Assembly (NCBI GenBank): GCA_016789145.1
Contig: JAEUQI010000003.1
Location: forward strand, 5,206-69,205
DNA length: 64,000 nt
Origin: Blastocatellia bacterium
Lineage (GTDB): Bacteria; Acidobacteriota; Blastocatellia; Pyrinomonadales; Pyrinomonadaceae
Reading direction: 5' to 3'
Of this stretch, positions 8,873 to 18,703 are shown in pieces. Each line of letters begins with the position of its first letter. The stretch's first letter is position 1. A model generated the notes under the pieces. The model was not told where the DNA came from, made no database searches, and saw nothing but the letters and a program-made list of their open reading frames with translations. The position numbers and the translations under genes were made by a program.

Positions 8873-11275
8873 ATGTTCGAACGTTATACCGAGAGGTCAC
8901 GCAGAGTAATTTTTTTCGCACGCTACGAAGCTCTGCAGTACGGTTCGCAAGTCATCGCCCCTGAACACATCCTGCTCGGCCTGATGCGTGAAGACAAAAA
9001 TCTTCCGGCTCGCTTTTTCCCGTTCAATCATTCGCTGACTGTCGATACGATCCGCCGCGATGTCGAGCAGCGTATCGTTTTGCGTGAACGAATTCCGCAA
9101 TCATCCGAGCTTCACCTCGCACCATTGACCAAGCGAATTCTGTTTTACGCTAACGAAGAAAGCCGTCAACTAAAGAACCGTCACATTGGACCGGAGCATC
9201 TGCTGCTCGGATTGGTTCGTGAAGAACGTAGCGTTGCCGCCGAGATTTTGTTCGGCTATGGATTACGTCTGCACGATGTACGCGGCGAAATGTCGAAACA
9301 AGCGGCAGTTCCGGGCGTTTTCAATCAGGCGCCTGCAGAAGAAGCAAAGCCCGATGGCCTATCAGAATATACACGCGATCTGACTCGCGACGCCGCCGAT
9401 GGCAAACTAGATCCGCTCGTCGGGCGCGAAGACGAAATTGAACGTTTGATAGAGATCCTTTGTCGTCGCACAAAGAACAACCCTGTATTGATCGGCGAAT
9501 CGGGCGTAGGCAAGACTGCGATCATCGAGGGGCTGGCTCAACGGATCGTCGATCGCTCAGTTCCGTCGTTTTTGGAACGGAAGCGTATCTTGTCGCTCGA
9601 TCTCTCAGCTACCGTTGCCGGTACAAAGTATCGAGGCCAGTTCGAAGAGCGTCTCAAAAAGATCATGACCGAGCTGCAGAAGAGCACTGACATGATCATT
9701 TTCATTGACGAGATCCACACACTCGTCGGTGCCGGCTCTGCCGAAGGAACGCTTGATGCGGCAAACATTTTGAAGCCTGCATTGTCTCGCGGCGAAATGC
9801 AGTGCATAGGCGCAACTACACCTTCGGAATATCGCAAGACCATCGCCAAAGATCGTGCTCTAGAACGCCGCTTTCAGGTCGTCAAGGTCGAACCGCCGTC
9901 AGAAGACGAAGCATTGCAGATCGTGCTCGGCGTTGCGGAACGCTATGAGGCATTTCACCAAGTTCGCTATACACCCGAGGCTCTCGCGGCTGCAGTCAAA
10001 CAATCGAACCGCTACATTACCGACCGTTTTCTGCCGGACAAGGCGATCGACGTTCTTGACGAGGCAGGTGCCAAGGCGAAGTTGCGCCATCAGCAAGAAT
10101 CGTTCGACGAGCCATCGTGGAAAGACACGGTAGATAAATGGAAACGCCTGTCGGCTAACGAAGACCAGTTGATCTCACTCGAATTGCGATCGATCGAAAG
10201 CACTTTTTTCGGTACCGAAGTGTCTGCCGACGACGTCAACAATGTCATATCAAAATGGACGGGAATTCCCGTTACGGCTATTGGCCAAGAAGAAGCCGCT
10301 AAGCTGATGAGCATTGAATCAGCCCTGCATGAACGCATCGTCGCCCAACGGCCGGCGATCTCAGCTCTTGCTAGAGCTATTCGTCGCTCTCGCGCCGGAT
10401 TGAAGAATCCAAATCGTCCTGTCGGCTCGTTCTTGTTCCTTGGGCCCACAGGCGTCGGCAAGACCGAGGTTGCTCGTTCCATAGCTGAGTTCCTATTCGG
10501 TTCAGAACGGTCGCTTGTGCGATTCGACATGAGCGAGTTCATGGAGAAACATTCGGTCTCGAAATTCATCGGCTCGCCTCCGGGATATGTCGGCCATGAA
10601 GAGGGCGGCCAGTTGACCGAGAAGCTAAGGCGTTCGCCATATGCCGTTGTGCTATTCGACGAGATCGAAAAAGCTCATCCTGACGTCTACAACGTACTGC
10701 TGCAAGTGTTCGAAGACGGCATACTAACTGATGCGAACGGCCAAACGATCGACTGCAAACACGCGATCTTCGTGATGACCTCAAATATCGGCGCACGTGC
10801 GATCCAGAAGAGCGGTTCGCTCGGATTTGCTGCCGACCGCAACGCTAGCCGCGAGAAACTAGAAGAGAACGTGATGGCGTCGGTCAAGCAAACTTTCGCT
10901 CCGGAATTTATCAATCGTCTTGATGAGATCGTAATGTTCGACGAGCTTACGGACGAAGATCTGTTACGCATAATCGACCTGCAGATCGGCAAGCTCAACA
11001 CGATAACGGCCGGTCAGAATATCTCCGTCGCACTCACTGACGACGCTAAGAATTGGCTCATCGAGATAACCTGTGCAGACAGAAAATACGGTGCTAGGCC
11101 TTTGAAAAGAGCATTGCAAAAGTACGTCGAGGACGAATTGTCCGAATCGATACTAAAGGGGAACATTGGCTCGTCGGGCAAGATCGAGGTATTTAGCCAC
11201 GAAGGCGGGCTTGCATTTCGTACGGCAACGGCGGACACTACGGATTCAGAATTAGTGTCGCAAGCGGCATCGTAA
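8873..11275 (+). CDS. clpC: Clp/Hsp100 AAA+ chaperone, ClpC type
   Basis: It has Clp_N repeats ('HILLGLMRE', 'HLLLGLVRE'), two Walker A motifs ('GESGVGKT', 'GPTGVGKT'), and 'ARPLKRALQ' in the C-terminal D2-small domain. The start is placed at '[11 protein letters not shown]'. Confidence 0.9.
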   Translation: MFERYTERSRRVIFFARYEALQYGSQVIAPEHILLGLMREDKNLPARFFPFNHSLTVDTIRRDVEQRIVLRERIPQSSELHLAPLTKRILFYANEESRQLKNRHIGPEHLLLGLVREERSVAAEILFGYGLRLHDVRGEMSKQAAVPGVFNQAPAEEAKPDGLSEYTRDLTRDAADGKLDPLVGREDEIERLIEILCRRTKNNPVLIGESGVGKTAIIEGLAQRIVDRSVPSFLERKRILSLDLSATVAGTKYRGQFEERLKKIMTELQKSTDMIIFIDEIHTLVGAGSAEGTLDAANILKPALSRGEMQCIGATTPSEYRKTIAKDRALERRFQVVKVEPPSEDEALQIVLGVAERYEAFHQVRYTPEALAAAVKQSNRYITDRFLPDKAIDVLDEAGAKAKLRHQQESFDEPSWKDTVDKWKRLSANEDQLISLELRSIESTFFGTEVSADDVNNVISKWTGIPVTAIGQEEAAKLMSIESALHERIVAQRPAISALARAIRRSRAGLKNPNRPVGSFLFLGPTGVGKTEVARSIAEFLFGSERSLVRFDMSEFMEKHSVSKFIGSPPGYVGHEEGGQLTEKLRRSPYAVVLFDEIEKAHPDVYNVLLQVFEDGILTDANGQTIDCKHAIFVMTSNIGARAIQKSGSLGFAADRNASREKLEENVMASVKQTFAPEFINRLDEIVMFDELTDEDLLRIIDLQIGKLNTITAGQNISVALTDDAKNWLIEITCADRKYGARPLKRALQKYVEDELSESILKGNIGSSGKIEVFSHEGGLAFRTATADTTDSELVSQAAS

Positions 11276-11279
11276 AGAA

Positions 11280-11450
11280 ATGTACAGACGCTCGAAATTC
11301 AACGAGATTCTCCTTGAGATTCGCGAAACGATGTCCGCGGAGTCTGAGTTTGATGTCGCGAAGTTTGTCGAGCCGATGCTTGCGAAAGATACAGAGGCCA
11401 ATAGCGTCGGAGCAGAAGAAGCCTCTGAACTTACTTCCAAAGCAGACTAG
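11280..11450 (+). CDS. Possible small acidic protein (56 aa), unannotated because it is under 60 aa
   Basis: An ATG 4 nt after the clpC stop opens an uninterrupted frame, MYRRSKFNEILLEIRETMSAESEFDVAKFVEPMLAKDTEANSVGAEEASELTSKAD*. I recognise no motif and see no clear SD. Confidence 0.3.
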   Translation: MYRRSKFNEILLEIRETMSAESEFDVAKFVEPMLAKDTEANSVGAEEASELTSKAD

Positions 11451-11490
11451 CATTACCTAACAACCACTCTCTGTTGTAAACTCGGTTCGA

Positions 11491-12069
11491 ATGGGCCGAT
11501 ATCTCATTTCGATAATTTTCGTCATTGCCGTGATCGTCGGCTCGGCGGCCATCTATTTTCCCGGCTATTGGGAACATCGATTCGACACGCTGATCGAACG
11601 GCACTCGCGCGTTTATCGCGTTGACGAACTGCTCGTTTGGAGCATTATTTACGAGGAAACTTACTATCGTCCGTGGAAGGTCGGAGCCGACCAAGAGGTT
11701 GGCTTGATGCAAGTTACTCCTACCGTTGCCCGCGAATGGGCGAAAGAAACCGGCCTCAAGGTTTACGAGCGACAAGCGTCCGAAGACCTCTATGGCTTGC
11801 TTTCAGATCCGGAAAAGAACATACAGGTCGGCTGCTGGTATTTAGAGAAACTTCGCGAACAATATCGTGGTCGACAAGCCGAAACGGCGATGATGCTCGC
11901 CGCATATAACGCCGGCCCGAGCCGTGTGACCGAATGGACAAAAGATATTGACGCAGACACGATAAGCGAGGCCGATTTCATCTCCCGCATCGGAATTTCA
12001 TCAACCAAGGCCTATGTCACGTCGATCCTAAGGCGTTACCGTGAAATTCCTGCAAAGACCGCAAAATGA
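11491..12069 (+). CDS. Lytic transglycosylase (SLT domain), membrane-anchored
   Basis: It has the catalytic 'EE' context with 'EVGLMQVTP' and 'AAYNAGPSRV', plus an N-terminal TM helix. Confidence 0.8.
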   Translation: MGRYLISIIFVIAVIVGSAAIYFPGYWEHRFDTLIERHSRVYRVDELLVWSIIYEETYYRPWKVGADQEVGLMQVTPTVAREWAKETGLKVYERQASEDLYGLLSDPEKNIQVGCWYLEKLREQYRGRQAETAMMLAAYNAGPSRVTEWTKDIDADTISEADFISRIGISSTKAYVTSILRRYREIPAKTAK

Positions 12070-13343
12070 AAATTCTCACAGCCGATCACGTCTTGCCGAT
12101 ATCTTCGCCGCCTATTAAGGACAGCTTTGTTGCGATCGATGGCGACACGATCCACGCTGTTGGCGAGCAAGCGGAACTCGGCTCGCGTTTCGCCGATGCT
12201 GAGATTGTCAAACTCGGAAACGCGGCGATACTGCCGGGCTTTGTGAACTGTCATTCGCATCTCGAGATCACGGCGATGCGGAATCAGCTCGACGATGTCG
12301 AACACGATTTTGCGACATGGCTGCTGAAACTAAATTCGATCCGAGCTGAATTGTCAGAAGACGAATTGCTATCTGCCGCGATCATCGGTGTCCGCGAAGG
12401 TGCTCGTGCGGGCGTCACTTGTTTTGGAGATATTGGGCGTAACGGCAATGTTGGGTTAACGGCGATCAAAGAGGTCGGGCTTCGCGGGGTTGTGTTTCAG
12501 GAGACAGAATTTTCGCCGGATAATCGTACGGCGAACGATGATTTTCTGGCTCTTGCGACCAAGTTCGAAGCTCTCAAAAGCGAAGAAACTCACTTGGTCA
12601 GCATTGGCATTTCTCCTCATTCGCCGTACACCGTTAGCTCACAGTTATTCGAACTCATCGCCCAATACGCCATTATCAATCGAGTCCCGCTCTCAATCCA
12701 CGCTGCCGAATCGCTTGCGGAGGTCGAACTGCTTACGCGTGGAACTGGTTTCTTTTCAGAGGTTTACGAGAGGTTTGAACTGGAATGGTACAGCCCGCAT
12801 TCGTCGCCGATCGAGTATTTGGATCGTCTTGGGGTACTCTCTACACGGCCACTTCTTGGACATTGTGTTCATGTTTCCGACGACGATATTCGCCGTATTG
12901 AATCATCAGGCTCATCGATCGCTCACTGCCCGAAATCCAACGCAAAGTTTGGCCATGGAGCGGCACCATTAGAGAAGTTTCTCAATTCTGGAATTATTGT
13001 CGGCCTTGGCAGCGATTCGGTCGCAAGTAATAACCTTTGCGACATCATCGAAGAATCGAGATTTGCCGCGCTAACAGCACGAAATCGAAACGACTCGAAC
13101 CGCTTCATACAAGCCGGAGAAATGCTAAGGATCGTCACACTCGGCGGGGCCGAGGCATTAGGACTTGACGACAAGATCGGCTCGTTAGAGGTCGGCAAAC
13201 AAGCCGACATCGCCGTAATCTCACTTGAACATCAATCTATGAAGCCGCTGGGAGACGTCGAATCGGCGATCGTTTTCTCAGCAAGCGGCCGTGATGTGTC
13301 AGACACATACGTCGCCGGAAAATCGGTCTATTCGAAAGCGTAG
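12066..13343 (+). CDS. Metal-dependent amidohydrolase (chlorohydrolase/deaminase family)
   Basis: It has the 'NCHSHLE' HxH metal motif, 'SIHAAES', 'HCVH' and 'GSDS'. It overlaps the preceding gene by ATGA. Confidence 0.8.
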   Translation: MKILTADHVLPISSPPIKDSFVAIDGDTIHAVGEQAELGSRFADAEIVKLGNAAILPGFVNCHSHLEITAMRNQLDDVEHDFATWLLKLNSIRAELSEDELLSAAIIGVREGARAGVTCFGDIGRNGNVGLTAIKEVGLRGVVFQETEFSPDNRTANDDFLALATKFEALKSEETHLVSIGISPHSPYTVSSQLFELIAQYAIINRVPLSIHAAESLAEVELLTRGTGFFSEVYERFELEWYSPHSSPIEYLDRLGVLSTRPLLGHCVHVSDDDIRRIESSGSSIAHCPKSNAKFGHGAAPLEKFLNSGIIVGLGSDSVASNNLCDIIEESRFAALTARNRNDSNRFIQAGEMLRIVTLGGAEALGLDDKIGSLEVGKQADIAVISLEHQSMKPLGDVESAIVFSASGRDVSDTYVAGKSVYSKA

Positions 13344-13352
13344 GTCTTATTC

Positions 13353-14237
13353 CTATTTTGCGGCGTGTCCCAACGCATCAAGCAATTCCTGCGGTTTCCA
13401 CGTGCTGCCGTTGAAAATCCTCACGACCTTGCCTTCTGGTGAGACGACGATGGTGCGAAGGTTGTGTTGGAATTGGGTCTTGTCGGTCTCGTCGATGCGG
13501 TACTTTAGGCCGAAGAAATCGGCGACCTTGCGGACCTCGGCGTCTTTGCCGACGGCTAGTTTCCAGACTGTGAAGTCAGGCTTGGCATCTTTGCCAAGAT
13601 AGCCGATGCCGTAGGAACGAAGCTTCGCGGGCGTGTCGGTTTCGGGATCGAACGAGATGCTGAGCAAGCGAACCTTGTCTTTGATCGCGTCATCTTTTGC
13701 AGCGGCACGTGCAATGTCGCTGAAATTCGTTGACATCTTGATGCAAAATTCCGGCAGCGGACATCGCGAATAGATGAACGTGATCGCTAAGGCTTTGCCC
13801 TTGTAATCGCTGAGTGAAACAGGTTTGCCGTCTTGGTCAGTTAGCGTGAACTCCGGCACTTGTTGCCCAACTTGACCGACGTTCGGATCGACTGCGGGGT
13901 CTTGGCCCGGGATCGAAGCAGCTTCGATCGCTATCTTTTCTAGCCAATATTTTCCGTTTGCGTTATCGACGACGAGTTCGGATTGAATACGAACGCCGGG
14001 CTGCAGGTCTTCCCAAACCCAATTCTCGCGGATCTCAAAATCCATCGTCATCGGCGGCATGTAGCCCGGAACCTCTTCGTGTTCGACCGTAGCTTTCTTG
14101 TTCGCTTTATCGACGGCAGTGACCTTGCCCTTTAGCGGATATCGTTTGGCGGTCGCGGAAACGTCGTTGGTGTTTTCCGGTTTAGTTCCGCACGCAAGAA
14201 TGAAGGCTGAAAATAGAACAATGATAAAAAGACGCAT
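13353..14237 (-). CDS. SCO1/SenC-family copper chaperone lipoprotein with an N-terminal CusF-like Met-rich domain
   Basis: It has the lipobox 'ILAC', 'VPGYMPPMTMDFEI' in the CusF-like part, and the thioredoxin-fold CxxxC 'YSRCPLPEFC'. Confidence 0.8.
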   Translation of the reverse strand: MRLFIIVLFSAFILACGTKPENTNDVSATAKRYPLKGKVTAVDKANKKATVEHEEVPGYMPPMTMDFEIRENWVWEDLQPGVRIQSELVVDNANGKYWLEKIAIEAASIPGQDPAVDPNVGQVGQQVPEFTLTDQDGKPVSLSDYKGKALAITFIYSRCPLPEFCIKMSTNFSDIARAAAKDDAIKDKVRLLSISFDPETDTPAKLRSYGIGYLGKDAKPDFTVWKLAVGKDAEVRKVADFFGLKYRIDETDKTQFQHNLRTIVVSPEGKVVRIFNGSTWKPQELLDALGHAAK

Positions 14238-14239
14238 AA

Positions 14240-16651
14240 CTAATTCAATAAATTCAACTCGCGGTCATATAAATGACAATACATTCGATAGTTTGCCATA
14301 ACGCGGTAAACGTAGTCTTTCGACTGAGTAAAAATTATCTCGGCGACATAAAGATCAGGGTCGTTACCGCCTGAACGTGCGACCCATCGTTTGAGATTAT
14401 CTTCGCCGCCATTGTAGCTGGCGACCACGGCCTGCGGCTGTTCGGGAAACAGTTTGAACAGGTCCTCGATGTAACGCGATCCAAATTCTATCGCCGTTTT
14501 CGCAGAATATAGCTCCTCTTGCCGAAAGCCATCGCGGCCCAAAGATGTCGCGATCTTATTTGCGGTCGGAGCGATGAATTGCATCAGCCCGCGTGCCGCT
14601 GCGTTCGACCTGGCGTCGGTGCGAAAACGCGATTCCTGTCGCATTATCGCGAGCAGCAACCTCGGATCGACCTTGTGACGATCACCAAAGAACAAAAGGT
14701 CGTCGCGGTTTAGTATCGGATAAAGCAGACGCAATTGCTCTCGTGGCAACATTTCCGGCAATATATCCGCCGGAACTTTCGACCACAGTGGCTCGGTCAC
14801 CGCAACTGAACGCTCAGCATTGCCGCCCCGAAGCATGACGGCGAGCGTCTCGCTTTTGTTCGACGATTCGCTCGCTGCAAACTGCATCGCGGCCTCGTCA
14901 TACAGACCGAGAAAGAGTAATTCCGCCGCACCGTCGCGAGGCATTTTCGTATCTGCCGTGAGAACTTGACGAGCGACAGGTAGCGTCGGCTTGAGCTCCG
15001 GAAATTGCGAATACGCCGGCATTTGTTTGACCGCTGCGAGGTAAGCCTCCGTCGCCCTTGCTCGAACTTCCTTATCGTTCGACAGCCGAAGTAGATCGTT
15101 GGCAGCACGACGCTGCTCGTCGGTATTCTTCGCTTTAAGCGTTAACAGCGATCGCGAAACATGTTGCAATATGAATGGTCGAGCGGCCTCGTCCGATCCT
15201 AATTCGGCCAGCCGCAATGTCGAACGCCAGCCATAATATGAATCGCGGCCATCGGGAATTGCGAGGTAGCAGACGATCGCTTCGTCGGTTCGAACTAGTT
15301 TTTCGAGTGCTCGGCATCGCAGGAAACCGACCTCAGTTGCGTCGGTTCCGCCGGGAATTGTCTTGCCGCCAAGATCAGACACCCCACGAAGACGGTCCAG
15401 TTTCTCAAGAGCCAGCAACCATTCATTGCGAGACAAATGGATCCTTGCTTCGACAAACAATGCGATCGTTGCCGGAAGTTTTCCTGCGAATATTTCTTGT
15501 GTTTTCGAGGTCCATTTCAACGCCTCGTTGATATCGCCTTGGTCGCGAAGCAGATCGATCACGTTCAAATAAGCTCGATCGAGCTTTTCATCACTCGGAT
15601 ATCTGTCGATGAATCGCTGATAGCGTGTGATCGATTCGCGAGGTTTGCCGACACGGGCGTAGGCTGCTGCGTTTTGAAGTAGAGCGTCTTTTGCGATCGC
15701 AGTGTTCGGATATTGTTCGAGAATGCGTTCAAACCATTTCAAAACCTCGACGTATTCATTCGATTGGGCATAGCCGCGGCCGATCTGGAACAAAGAATCG
15801 GCTATCACGTCGGGCGATGCACCGGTGTTTCCCATCGCTTCGAAATGAGCGTTGGCAAGACGGAAGTCCCTATTGAATTGATAGATCTTCGCTCGCTGAA
15901 TATGCTCGGCCTCGGTCAGTTTCGCAACTGTCACGGTCGTACCGTCTAATCTTCCGCCGGCGATGAGATCGAGCCCACGCGCCGCCGAACGGGCGGCGTC
16001 ATCGGGCTGTTCTGCGATCGGAGTCGAAGCGATCAAGGCCGTAAATATTGCCTGAGCTTCGTCGACACGGCCTTGGCGCATGCGGACCTCGCCGAGCAGA
16101 ACCTGGTCGTCTCGCCAGTAATTAGCTCCCCTCGCGGAAGTGTCGCCCGCAGCCTTGAAATTATTCGACAACAAATGCGTGGCCGCTGATGCGAAGTTTT
16201 CGACCTCATTTGCACTTCGAGCGAGCCGTGCGTTCGCGACCGAAACGAGCAAGCTGCCGGGAGTTTCGATCAAAATTCGCTCTAAATAAACTCGTTCTAT
16301 CAACAAGTTTCCCATCGAACGAAAACACTGCGAAAGGTGGAAAAGTGCGTACGCTTTGAGTATCGAATTTCGAGCGACGACAGAATGGTAGTTTTCGACC
16401 GCAAGCGAAACGTTCCCTGATCTTTCCGCGATTCGCGCCAGCAAATAATCGAGGTTATTAGCAGCAAAAACACTCGGATCCTGAAGTTTCTGGCGATGAA
16501 GCTCTTCTATCGCCGGGCCAGGCCTGTCGGATTCTGCTAGACCGGCGATCGGCGAAATATGTTGAGCAGGCACACCAAAACCAAGCGTCGCGACCAAAAT
16601 AGCGACCGCGATAGACCTTGGTGCCCATGAACTGATCCGTTTAATAAACAT
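14240..16651 (-). CDS. Large TPR/superhelical soluble lytic murein transglycosylase (Slt70-like)
   Basis: It has a signal peptide, a long helical-repeat N-terminal region, and a C-terminal SLT domain ('QESRF', 'ARGLMQFIAPTA', 'ASYNGGEDNL'). Confidence 0.8.
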   Translation of the reverse strand: MFIKRISSWAPRSIAVAILVATLGFGVPAQHISPIAGLAESDRPGPAIEELHRQKLQDPSVFAANNLDYLLARIAERSGNVSLAVENYHSVVARNSILKAYALFHLSQCFRSMGNLLIERVYLERILIETPGSLLVSVANARLARSANEVENFASAATHLLSNNFKAAGDTSARGANYWRDDQVLLGEVRMRQGRVDEAQAIFTALIASTPIAEQPDDAARSAARGLDLIAGGRLDGTTVTVAKLTEAEHIQRAKIYQFNRDFRLANAHFEAMGNTGASPDVIADSLFQIGRGYAQSNEYVEVLKWFERILEQYPNTAIAKDALLQNAAAYARVGKPRESITRYQRFIDRYPSDEKLDRAYLNVIDLLRDQGDINEALKWTSKTQEIFAGKLPATIALFVEARIHLSRNEWLLALEKLDRLRGVSDLGGKTIPGGTDATEVGFLRCRALEKLVRTDEAIVCYLAIPDGRDSYYGWRSTLRLAELGSDEAARPFILQHVSRSLLTLKAKNTDEQRRAANDLLRLSNDKEVRARATEAYLAAVKQMPAYSQFPELKPTLPVARQVLTADTKMPRDGAAELLFLGLYDEAAMQFAASESSNKSETLAVMLRGGNAERSVAVTEPLWSKVPADILPEMLPREQLRLLYPILNRDDLLFFGDRHKVDPRLLLAIMRQESRFRTDARSNAAARGLMQFIAPTANKIATSLGRDGFRQEELYSAKTAIEFGSRYIEDLFKLFPEQPQAVVASYNGGEDNLKRWVARSGGNDPDLYVAEIIFTQSKDYVYRVMANYRMYCHLYDRELNLLN

Positions 16652-16736
16652 TCTAGCTCAGATTGAAATGGTATCTCGCAATTTCTTCGCCGGCAATGCT
16701 GACACCGATGCCGGCGTCGGTTAGAATCATCTTTTT

Positions 16737-17669
16737 ATGAGAGCACGAGTTCTTAGCGGACGAAAAATTGCTGACGAGATCATTGCCGAGGTTGCGGCAG
16801 AAGTTGCCGATCTGCGTGAGATCCATGGATTTTCGCCTCGGCTGGATGTCATTCGCGTGGGCGAGGATCCCGCATCCGAGGTCTATGTCGGCAACAAAGT
16901 TAAGATGGCGGCAGAAGTCGGCATCGAGTCGAGGCTTCATCATTTGCCTGCCGAGACGACGACCGATGAATTGCTTGCGCTGGTAACCGAACTTTCGAAC
17001 AATGACATCGTGGATGGCATCCTTGTCCAACTGCCCTTGCCGGATCAGATCGATGAACGTGCCGTGCTCGAAGCCGTTGCTGCTGATAAAGATGTCGATG
17101 GATTTCACCCTCTCAACGTCGGCCGCCTTAATCTTGGCCACAAAGCTTTGGTGCCATGCACGCCCGCCGGTGTTATCGAAATTCTAAAGCGTTCAAATAT
17201 TGAGATCGCAGGCAAACACGCGGTCATCGTCGGTCGCAGCAATATCGTCGGAAAACCGATGGCGGCATTGTTGTTGCGTGAAAACGCGACAGTGACGATA
17301 TGTCATTCGCGAACCGCAGACCTCGCCGCGATCACGCGCTCGGCTGAAATCCTCGTCGCCGCGATCGGGCGACCGGCTTACATCAAGGCAGAACACATTG
17401 GAGAAGGCTCGACTGTGATCGATGTCGGCATCAATCCGTTTGTTGACCTAAATGCTGTTGCTTCAACTTTTCCCGACGAGGATGTCGAAAAGCGTCTCGC
17501 GGCGATCGAAAAGCGAGGTTCAACACTGATCGGTGACGTAAATCAGCGTGACGCAATGGCAAAAGCTGCGAATTTCACGCCTGTTCCAGGCGGCGTTGGC
17601 TTGTTGACCGTGGCGATGTTGATGAAGAACACGGTCGATGCCGCAAAGACGAGGCGACTGAATGGTTAA
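16737..17669 (+). CDS. folD: Bifunctional methylenetetrahydrofolate dehydrogenase/cyclohydrolase
   Basis: It has 'VGEDPASEVYVGNKVK', 'DGILVQLPLP', 'DVDGFHP', 'GRSNIVGKP' and 'TPVPGGVG'. Confidence 0.92.
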   Translation: MRARVLSGRKIADEIIAEVAAEVADLREIHGFSPRLDVIRVGEDPASEVYVGNKVKMAAEVGIESRLHHLPAETTTDELLALVTELSNNDIVDGILVQLPLPDQIDERAVLEAVAADKDVDGFHPLNVGRLNLGHKALVPCTPAGVIEILKRSNIEIAGKHAVIVGRSNIVGKPMAALLLRENATVTICHSRTADLAAITRSAEILVAAIGRPAYIKAEHIGEGSTVIDVGINPFVDLNAVASTFPDEDVEKRLAAIEKRGSTLIGDVNQRDAMAKAANFTPVPGGVGLLTVAMLMKNTVDAAKTRRLNG

Positions 17670-17759
17670 GATCTCAAATCTTTAAGAGTTAAAGCCCCGG
17701 ACCGTCTGCATTCTGTCAGTTTTCACTTTTTCACGTTTGTACGTTTTCACTTTTACTAT

Positions 17760-18065
17760 ATGAATTTCGAAGAATACCAATCCGAAGCGAGCCAAACGGC
17801 CCTCTATCCTCGTCGAATGTCGAACTTGGAATATCCGACGCTCGGCCTAGCCGGTGAAGCTGGCGAGGTCGCAAACATCGTCAAAAAGATCCAACGCGAC
17901 AACGCTGGAGTTATCACCGACGAAGTTCGTGGAAAACTCAAAGACGAACTCGGCGACGTGCTCTGGTACATCTCAGCTTGTGCAGATGAACTCAGGCTGA
18001 CGCTAGCCGAGATCGCCGAATTCAATGTCGCAAAGCTCGCAAAGCGCCACGATCGGGCCGTCTAA
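17760..18065 (+). CDS. MazG-like nucleotide pyrophosphohydrolase domain protein
   Basis: It has the small all-helical MazG signature 'GLAGEAGEVANIVKK...ELGDVLWY'. Confidence 0.75.
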   Translation: MNFEEYQSEASQTALYPRRMSNLEYPTLGLAGEAGEVANIVKKIQRDNAGVITDEVRGKLKDELGDVLWYISACADELRLTLAEIAEFNVAKLAKRHDRAV

Positions 18066-18703
18066 TGCTGAAAGTCGGTCTTACAGGTTCAATTGCTGTC
18101 GGGAAATCGTTCGTGCTCGAATGCTTTCGCGAGCTTGGCTGTCACGTGCTTGATGCCGACCGAACTGCACGCGAAGTCGTTGCAAAAGGCACCGAAGGCC
18201 TCGCCGAGATAGTTGATAATTTTGGTCAAGAGATACTCGATGGCGATGGTTCGCTTGATCGAAAGCGCATGGCAGCGATCGTATTCGCAGATGCCGCAAA
18301 ACGCGAATTACTCAATTCGATCGTGCATCCGCGCGTATTTACGGCTCAGCATGAATGGCTCGCGAATATTGAGCAAGACGACGCTGACAGCATTGCAATC
18401 GTCGATGCGGCTCTTATGATCGAATCGGGCGGATATCGGCGGTTCGACAAATTGATTGTCGTATGGTGCGAAAGCGCGATACAATTGAAAAGATTGATGT
18501 TACGCGATTCTCTTGACCGAGAAACGGCTGAGAAACGGATCGCCGCACAGCTATCACAGGATGAGAAAAAGAGATTTGCGGACTTTCTGATAGACACTTC
18601 AGCCGGATTTGACGATACAAAACGACAAGTCAACGAAGTTTACAGCGATCTCTTTTCATTGAAATGCAGCGACGGAACGGACCAATCTCAAACTCCCGAA
18701 TAG
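18065..18703 (+). CDS. coaE: Dephospho-CoA kinase
   Basis: It has the P-loop 'GLTGSIAVGKS' and full-length CoaE-like similarity ('VDAALMIESG'). Its start overlaps the previous stop. Confidence 0.88.
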   Translation: MLKVGLTGSIAVGKSFVLECFRELGCHVLDADRTAREVVAKGTEGLAEIVDNFGQEILDGDGSLDRKRMAAIVFADAAKRELLNSIVHPRVFTAQHEWLANIEQDDADSIAIVDAALMIESGGYRRFDKLIVVWCESAIQLKRLMLRDSLDRETAEKRIAAQLSQDEKKRFADFLIDTSAGFDDTKRQVNEVYSDLFSLKCSDGTDQSQTPE

